Assembly: GCA_036679605.1 (NCBI GenBank)
Contig: JAZDCZ010000085.1
Coordinates: 1 to 64,000, forward strand
DNA: 64,000 bases
Direction: 5' to 3'
DNA from: Gemmatimonadota bacterium
Lineage (GTDB): Bacteria; Gemmatimonadota; Gemmatimonadetes; Gemmatimonadales; GWC2-71-9
This document shows, in pieces, positions 57,674 to 64,000 of this stretch. Made by a program: the position numbers and the translations under genes. Every line of letters begins with the position of its first letter. The stretch's first letter is position 1. The notes below the pieces were generated by a model that was not told the origin of the DNA, did not search any database, and saw only the letters and a program-made list of their open reading frames with translations.

Positions 57674-59799
57674 GACCGAGGGTAGATCGGTTCGCGCAAC
57701 TTAGCGAGTCGTTCGAGGATAGGGGCAGGACTAAAGCGATCACCAAATTTATCGGCAAGATCGTTCAACGTAGCGATCACTTCAGCGGTACCCAAGTGAT
57801 CGAGGTATCTGAGTGGGCCGCCAAGAAACGGGGGAAATCCGATACCGAATATCGCTCCGATGTCACCGTCCCGGGGGCACCTCACAATTCCCTCGTCCAA
57901 GGCACGCGCAGCCTCGTTGAGCATGGCGAACACCAATCGCCGATGAATGTCTTCTTCCGAGTTCTTCCCGCTGGGCTTCGGGCTAATGATATCGTAGGCA
58001 GTCGCATCGACGCCCGCCTTCTTTCCACCCTCGTACTTGTAGAAACCTCGCCCACTTTTTCGGCCTAGCCGTCCTTCTCGAGTCATCCGATTGAGTCCGT
58101 CTCTTGGCTCGAATCTGTCGCCATACGCCTCGTGGAGCACTGTCGACGCTTTGACCGCCACATCGAGACCCACTTCGTCCAATAGCGTAATGGGTCCTAC
58201 CGGGAAACCAAATTTAGTCATCGACCTATCAAGCGTCTCGACCGGCACTCCCTCTTCCAACATTCTGCCCGCTTCATTCATGTAGGGAGCGAGAATCCGG
58301 TTGACCCAAAACCCTGGTCTGTCCCGTACGACTATCACCGTCTTACCCATTTTCCGCCCGAATGCAACCGCCGTAACTGTGGCCCACTGAGCCGTCTTGT
58401 CGGTTACGATTACCTCGAGTAGTGGCATCTTTTCTACCGGCGAGAAGAAGTGCATGCCCAGAACGCGCTCGGGGCACTGCGTCGCTTCGGCTATGTCGGC
58501 TATGGGAATCGTGCTGGTGTTAGAAGCTAGGAGACAGCGCTCACCTACATGGCTCTCTACTTGGGAAAAGACCTCGCGTTTGACAGCGAGATCTTCATAT
58601 ACTGCCTCGATTACGAGTTCGGATCTGCCAAACCCCGCCCAATCCACACCACCCGACAACAGACTTTCAAGTCGGCGATAATCGTACTTTGTGATGCGGC
58701 GCCGTCTTAGACGCTTCTTCAATCCACTGCGGACCGTCTGCAATCCCCGCGCAACATCCTCAAGTTCGTTGTCCTTGAGTCGCACGTCAGCCATAGCTCT
58801 GGCAACAGCCACCCCGGCAATCGCCGAACCCATGAACCCTGCTCCCACAACCGTTACGTTTTGAACCGGCCTTGGAGAAGGGGCCACGCCATCTATGCCA
58901 GAGTCCTTCTTCAGCGCAGTCGAGGCAAAGAAGATCTGCACCAGTCTCTTTGACACGTCACCCACGGCAAGCTCGGCGAAATGCGCGGCTTCACTATCCA
59001 GGCCGGCGCTGAGGCCGTACTTGAGACCGTGTTCCACAGCTTCCAGGGCCGCGAGCGGCGCTGGGTAGTGCCCACCTGTCTTGGCGAGCACCTTCTTCCG
59101 CGCCTTGGAGAAAACCAATCTTCGCCCTAACGTGCTCTCGTCTAACAGCAACGCGGCCATCCCACCTTTTCGTCGCTTTCGCTTGCGACCGTCTAATAGC
59201 GACCTGGCCGCCTTGAAGGCCACGTCCTCCAGAATCGCCGGGTGGACCAGTTCGTCGACGATCCCGCGCTTGTACGCGGCCTTTGCTGGTAGCGTCTTAC
59301 CCGCCAGAATGATATCCAAGGCGATTCTGGCTCCCACCAGCCTAGGTAGCCTCTGACACCCTCCCGCAGCAGGGAGGATCCCCAGCTGAACCTCGGGTAG
59401 GCCGAGAATCGTCTTCGGGTGGTCGGTGGCAACTCGGTACGAACACGCGAGAGCCGTCTCCAGCCCGCCGCCCAAGCAGGCACCGTGGATCGCCGCAACG
59501 ACTGGTTTGCCTAGACCTGCGACTTGATTGATTAGTTCCTGCCCGCTCCTCACCAACGCCAGTGCCTTTTCCCGCGTTTTCAGTGCTGCGAATTCGTCGA
59601 TGTCCGCTCCGGCAATGAAGTTGTCGGTCTTGCCGGAGATCAACACGACGGCCTGCACCCGTTCGTCGGCCTGTAGCGACGGCAGAATTGCTTCTAATTC
59701 TTCTTTGACTTCCCGGGATATCTTGTTGACCGGTTCGCCATCGATGTTTATCTCGAGACGCGCAATGCCTTCGATCAGATCTTGTTTGAACGCGCCCAT
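57670..59799 (-). CDS. fadJ: Fatty-acid oxidation complex alpha subunit
   Basis: FIAGADI, CLGGGLE, LPEVQLG, GAGFMG, ASNTS, GMHFFSPV, PGFWVNR; start ATG 59799. Confidence 0.93.
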   Translation of the reverse strand: MGAFKQDLIEGIARLEINIDGEPVNKISREVKEELEAILPSLQADERVQAVVLISGKTDNFIAGADIDEFAALKTREKALALVRSGQELINQVAGLGKPVVAAIHGACLGGGLETALACSYRVATDHPKTILGLPEVQLGILPAAGGCQRLPRLVGARIALDIILAGKTLPAKAAYKRGIVDELVHPAILEDVAFKAARSLLDGRKRKRRKGGMAALLLDESTLGRRLVFSKARKKVLAKTGGHYPAPLAALEAVEHGLKYGLSAGLDSEAAHFAELAVGDVSKRLVQIFFASTALKKDSGIDGVAPSPRPVQNVTVVGAGFMGSAIAGVAVARAMADVRLKDNELEDVARGLQTVRSGLKKRLRRRRITKYDYRRLESLLSGGVDWAGFGRSELVIEAVYEDLAVKREVFSQVESHVGERCLLASNTSTIPIADIAEATQCPERVLGMHFFSPVEKMPLLEVIVTDKTAQWATVTAVAFGRKMGKTVIVVRDRPGFWVNRILAPYMNEAGRMLEEGVPVETLDRSMTKFGFPVGPITLLDEVGLDVAVKASTVLHEAYGDRFEPRDGLNRMTREGRLGRKSGRGFYKYEGGKKAGVDATAYDIISPKPSGKNSEEDIHRRLVFAMLNEAARALDEGIVRCPRDGDIGAIFGIGFPPFLGGPLRYLDHLGTAEVIATLNDLADKFGDRFSPAPILERLAKLREPIYPRS

Positions 59800-59801
59800 C
59801 T

Positions 59802-61097
59802 TTACCGTCTCTCGAGAACCGTGATGAATCCCATCCCGCCCTGAGCACACACCGACAACAAACCGAACTGCACGTCACGCCGTTGCATTTCATTCGCGAG
59901 GGTCAACGTCAGCCTCCCGCCTGTGGCGCCGAAAGGATGACCGATGCTGATCGACCCACCCATGACATTCAATGTCTCCCAGTTCACCTCACCTATCGGC
60001 TTGGATCGACCCAACTTTTCCCTCGCCCATTCCACCGACTCGAACGCCTGGATGTTGGACAATACTTGAGCGGCAAATGCCTCGTGCATTTCGACGAGGC
60101 CCAACTCCTCCCAGGTAATGCCGGCCCGCTCAAGCGCAACGGGGGCGGCATAGGCAGGCCCCATGAGAAGTTGCTCGCCCGGATCCAGCGCAGCGACAGC
60201 ATAGGACCTAATGAACGCGATTGGTTCGTATCCCATGGCCTGCGCCGCTTCCTCGCTCATCAAGAGTACGGCAGATCCGCCGTCAGTCAGTGGCGACGAA
60301 TTTGCTGCCGTTACCGTTCCATACCTCCGGTCGAACGCGGGTTTGAGCTTCGCTATCTTCTCCAGGGTGGTGTCGGCGCGGATCCCGTTGTCTTGCACGA
60401 CAACTTTGTTTGGTCCCATGTCCAGCATCGGAGCAATTTCCGCCGTCAGTCGTCCGTCTTCAGTCCCGGCAAGGGCCAGTCGATGACTTCGCAGCGCGAA
60501 CCTGTCCTGTTCAATTCGACTGATGCCATTCAGCTTTGCCATCTTCTCCGCGGACTGTCCCATAGTCTCGCCCGTGGAGGGCTCGGCGATGGCCGGCGAA
60601 ACCGGTACCAGGTCTCTGGGTCTAATCGACGAGACGAGTTTCAACCGATCTCCCAACGTCTTTGCACGACTTAGCTTCACCAGTATCTCGGAAAAGCGTC
60701 GCGAATGAAGGATTGGGATATTTGACAGACTTTCCGCACCACCGGCGATCACGACATTGGCATGGCCCTGGCGAATCTGATCGTGTCCCATCGCAATCGC
60801 CTGGTTGGCAGACGCACACGCTCGATTCACTGAAGCTGCGGGAATGCTCTTGGGGAACTGCGGAAGAAGGCTCACCTCTCTCGCCAGATTGGGCTCCAAC
60901 GCACTCGCTACCACCTGGCCAAAGTACATCTCATCAACCACGTTGCCGTCGAGGTTGGTTCTGTGCAGTAGCTCGACAACTGCGGCCCTGGCAAGATCGA
61001 CCGCCGAAAAATCTTTTAGCACCGTTCCAGACCTGCAAAACGGAGTTCGGCACCCACCAACCACCGCGACACGGCGTCCGTTTGTTGTCGAATTCAT
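59802..61097 (-). CDS. fadI: 3-ketoacyl-CoA thiolase
   Basis: NRACAS, MHEAFA, GHPFGATG, CAQGG. Confidence 0.93.
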   Translation of the reverse strand: MNSTTNGRRVAVVGGCRTPFCRSGTVLKDFSAVDLARAAVVELLHRTNLDGNVVDEMYFGQVVASALEPNLAREVSLLPQFPKSIPAASVNRACASANQAIAMGHDQIRQGHANVVIAGGAESLSNIPILHSRRFSEILVKLSRAKTLGDRLKLVSSIRPRDLVPVSPAIAEPSTGETMGQSAEKMAKLNGISRIEQDRFALRSHRLALAGTEDGRLTAEIAPMLDMGPNKVVVQDNGIRADTTLEKIAKLKPAFDRRYGTVTAANSSPLTDGGSAVLLMSEEAAQAMGYEPIAFIRSYAVAALDPGEQLLMGPAYAAPVALERAGITWEELGLVEMHEAFAAQVLSNIQAFESVEWAREKLGRSKPIGEVNWETLNVMGGSISIGHPFGATGGRLTLTLANEMQRRDVQFGLLSVCAQGGMGFITVLERR

Positions 61098-61139
61098 GCT
61101 GTAAGAGCTAGTTGAACCTGCGGACCGCCAATTACAAAA

Positions 61140-61679
61140 CTATTTCTTCCGTTCCGCCAACACACTTGCAATGATTTTCTGATCCTCATTAACTTCCTCT
61201 GTTACTTCTCGAGCCAATATTACTTCAAGTGGCTTCACCAGTTCTAGCAGCTCGCAATCGGTTAGGAGATAATCTTCACAGTTCGGTCCCCAGTCGAGGT
61301 CGCGTTGTCCGTTGCGAAATGTCTCGGCCAAGAAGATGCCACCTGGCTTCACCGCATCCAGGAACTCGCCCATGCGCCGGCGGTCGAGGTAGTAGAACAC
61401 CATGACGATATCGAACCGTTCCTGGGGCAGCGGATCTCGCTCGAGATCCAAGTGAACCCATTCGACCGCAACACCAAGAGCCTGCGCTTTTTCCTTGGCA
61501 ACCTCGAGCCGGGCCGTACTGGAATCTACAGCCACAACATGGGCACCGAGCCGCGCTGCCGCGATGGCGTGACGACCCTCACCACAGCCGACATCAAGAA
61601 CGGTCGAACCCGGTCGAATGATCCCGGCATGCCACGTGAACCACGTGCTCGTCACCTCAATCGCTTCGGACTCCGACAC
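61140..61679 (-). CDS. Class I SAM-dependent methyltransferase (TehB-like)
   Basis: VLDVGCGEGRHA, VAVD, KPGG; start GTG 61679 assumed to avoid overlap with glpD. Confidence 0.85.
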   Translation of the reverse strand: MSESEAIEVTSTWFTWHAGIIRPGSTVLDVGCGEGRHAIAAARLGAHVVAVDSSTARLEVAKEKAQALGVAVEWVHLDLERDPLPQERFDIVMVFYYLDRRRMGEFLDAVKPGGIFLAETFRNGQRDLDWGPNCEDYLLTDCELLELVKPLEVILAREVTEEVNEDQKIIASVLAERKK

Positions 61680-61684
61680 CCCTA

Positions 61685-63355
61685 GTGATTCCTCCATTCT
61701 CGCATGAAACGCGAGCCAAGAATCTGGCAGTCATGGCCACTGAGCCGCTGGACCTGCTCGTTATTGGCGCGGGCGCGACCGGAGCGGGAATTGCCCGAGA
61801 CGCGGCAATGCGTGGGATCCGAACAGCCATAATTGACATGGGTGACTTCGCATCGGGCACCAGCTCCAAGTCGTCCCGTCTGATACACGGCGGATTGCGC
61901 TATCTGGAGCACGGCCATTTCAGACTCGTCTTCGAAGCAAGTCGCGAAAGACGGATCTTACTCAAGATTGCGCCTCATCTGGTTCATCCTCGCTCATTCC
62001 TATTCCCCATCCATAGTGGGGCACGGGTATCTCGTTGGCGGCTTTCGGCCGGTCTTTGGCTATACGACATCTTAGCGATGTTTCACAATGTGCGGCGACA
62101 TCGGACACTCAGCAAGCGTGCACTCAAGCGGGCCGAGCCTAGAATCAAGGATCGGGGCCTGAAAGGTGGCGCTCGATATTACGACGCACAGTGCGACGAT
62201 GCCCGATTAACGCTGGCAACGGTTCGAAGTGCTCACAGTCACGGTGCGCTGGTGGCTAACTATGCAAGAGTAGACCAGCTCGACGTTGCCGACGGTCAAG
62301 TGCGCGGTGCCCGGATCACAGATCTCACTACCGGAACCCAGCAGGTTGTCCATGCTCACGTCGTGGTGAACGCGACAGGTCCCTGGTCAGATAGAATCAA
62401 GGATCAGTGGGACGAGGATCCCGCCCTACGACCTACCAAAGGCGCACACCTCGCGGTTCCCAGGCATCGCATCGGCAACAAGGAGGCAATAGTGATCACG
62501 TCGCCCATAGACGGGCGCATAATGTTCATCATTCCGTGGGGCGACCTCTCCTATATCGGTACGACCGACTCCTATTGCTCGGCGATCCCTGACGCCGTAT
62601 ACGCCACCGGGGAGGACGTAGTCTACCTGCTGCGCTCTGCCAACGCCTTGTTTCCCGATGCGCGGTTGACCCCGGCGGATGTGGTCGCGACCTGGGCAGG
62701 TCTCCGCCCCTTACTAGCGCCGGACAATCCTCAGGACCCTCGGTCGGTTTCGCGTGAGCATCGAATTTTGGAGAGTTCGAACGGACTCGTGTCCATCGTA
62801 GGTGGGAAGCTGACCACTTACAGGGTCATGGCCGCAGAGACCGTCGATCGAGTGGCGAATAGACTGCGCGAGATCGATGGTCGGCCGACGCCTCGAAGCG
62901 CTGCTACCGACCGAGAGCCGTTGCCTGGTGGCGAAATACGGGATCTCGATGTGTTGATAGAGGAAGCCACGCGCGAAGGGTTTTCTCAAGCCACGGCAGA
63001 ACACCTCGTACGAACCTATGGAAGCGAGACTCCGGCCGTGGTTCGGCTCGCACAATCTACGCCAGAGATGTCCAACCCAATTGCAGATAACCATCCTGCG
63101 ATTGCGGCTGAGCTGGTACATGCCATTCGTCGCGAAATGGCGGTCACTCTGTGTGATCTTCTCATTCGTCGCATCCATCTCTTCTACGAAACGTCCGATC
63201 AGGCTTGGGATCAGGCGCCGTTTGTTGCCGATGTCGCGGCTAAGGAACTGGGATGGGACGAGCAGCGCAAAGAAGCCGAACTAGCCGCTTATCAGAGCGA
63301 GATCGAGCGTGGTATGGCCTTCCGCAGTGAATTGGCAGGTATGCATCCGATCTGA
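61685..63355 (+). CDS. glpD: FAD-dependent glycerol-3-phosphate dehydrogenase
   Basis: IGAGATGAG, GTSSKSSRLIHGGLRYL, DDARL, WAGLRP, GGKLTTYR. Confidence 0.95.
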   Translation: MIPPFSHETRAKNLAVMATEPLDLLVIGAGATGAGIARDAAMRGIRTAIIDMGDFASGTSSKSSRLIHGGLRYLEHGHFRLVFEASRERRILLKIAPHLVHPRSFLFPIHSGARVSRWRLSAGLWLYDILAMFHNVRRHRTLSKRALKRAEPRIKDRGLKGGARYYDAQCDDARLTLATVRSAHSHGALVANYARVDQLDVADGQVRGARITDLTTGTQQVVHAHVVVNATGPWSDRIKDQWDEDPALRPTKGAHLAVPRHRIGNKEAIVITSPIDGRIMFIIPWGDLSYIGTTDSYCSAIPDAVYATGEDVVYLLRSANALFPDARLTPADVVATWAGLRPLLAPDNPQDPRSVSREHRILESSNGLVSIVGGKLTTYRVMAAETVDRVANRLREIDGRPTPRSAATDREPLPGGEIRDLDVLIEEATREGFSQATAEHLVRTYGSETPAVVRLAQSTPEMSNPIADNHPAIAAELVHAIRREMAVTLCDLLIRRIHLFYETSDQAWDQAPFVADVAAKELGWDEQRKEAELAAYQSEIERGMAFRSELAGMHPI

Positions 63356-63385
63356 CGGGCAGAGCGATTGACCCTCCTCCAAACG

Positions 63386-64000
63386 TCAGCGTCCTCGTTC
63401 CCCGTTCGCCTGACGGTGCCGGCACTCCATTACTAGTTCTACTACGCGTGCAGGATCGTCAGTAACGCTGAAGAGTTCGAGATCGGACGCAGCAATCTTT
63501 TTTTCACCGCACACCACCTGCGTGAGCCAATCGACGAGTCCACTCCAATACTCGGTACCCATCAAGATGATTGGTAGGTTGCCGATCTTGCCTGTTTGCT
63601 TCAGCGTCAAGACCTCGAATAGTTCATCAAGGGTCCCGAATCCTCCGGTCGGAAAAATGAAAGCTGACGAATATTTCACCAGCATCGTCTTGCGAACAAA
63701 GAAGTATCTGAAATGGACCATGCGATCTACGTACTCGTTAGGTCCCTGCTCATGTGGCAACTCTATGTTGAGACCGATGGATAGCGCACCTGCCTCCCTA
63801 GCACCGTGGTTTGCCGCCTGCATGATGCCGCCGCCTGCACCGGTGATAATCGCGAAGTCACGCTCGCCGAGGAGCCGGGCTGTCTCTCGCGTGACCTCGT
63901 ACATCGGGTCATCGATCGGTGATCGGGCCGAGCCAAAGAACGTGACAGCCGACCGAACGTCCGCAAGCCCATCGAAGCCTTCGACGAATTCACCAAGAAT
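63386..64000 (-). CDS. LOG-family (TIGR00730) protein, 5' end outside the window
   Basis: Frame open to the window edge (ILGEFVEGF...FFGSAR), TGAGGGIM, FFVRK, GGFGTLDE. Confidence 0.92.
   Translation of the reverse strand: MLGEFVEGFDGLADVRSAVTFFGSARSPIDDPMYEVTRETARLLGERDFAIITGAGGGIMQAANHGAREAGALSIGLNIELPHEQGPNEYVDRMVHFRYFFVRKTMLVKYSSAFIFPTGGFGTLDELFEVLTLKQTGKIGNLPIILMGTEYWSGLVDWLTQVVCGEKKIAASDLELFSVTDDPARVVELVMECRHRQANGERGR

Overview
Bacterial chromosomal window. The gene content and order suggest Gemmatimonadota, but this is an inference and was not checked. The first ~7.5 kb is accessory DNA. It holds an IS256-family element inserted into the last codons of a Fic gene, and a minus-strand integron-type cassette array with four attC-like sites, an attI-like site and a Pc-like promoter but no intact integrase. 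The array is rich in toxin-antitoxin cassettes, two of which appear to have lost their toxin. Next come an N6-adenine methyltransferase/SNF2-helicase pair with no visible nuclease, a dual phosphate-transporter operon, and an imuB-dnaE2 mutagenesis operon. In that operon a 53-aa zinc-ribbon mini-protein missed by the ORF track sits where imuA normally is. The rest is mostly housekeeping (ispH, pfkA, lon, fused 2-oxoacid dehydrogenase E1, rsgA, proline dehydrogenase, fadIJ, glpD, peptidases, OmpA, a chemoreceptor). Hidden items there include a CxxU Rdx-family selenoprotein read through an in-frame UGA, a DExH helicase with motif Ia ahead of motif I, a swivel-first aconitase-family fusion and a sigma54-type promoter for lon. 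No rRNA, tRNA or CRISPR array was seen. All calls come from reading the sequence and motifs by eye; no database searches were run.
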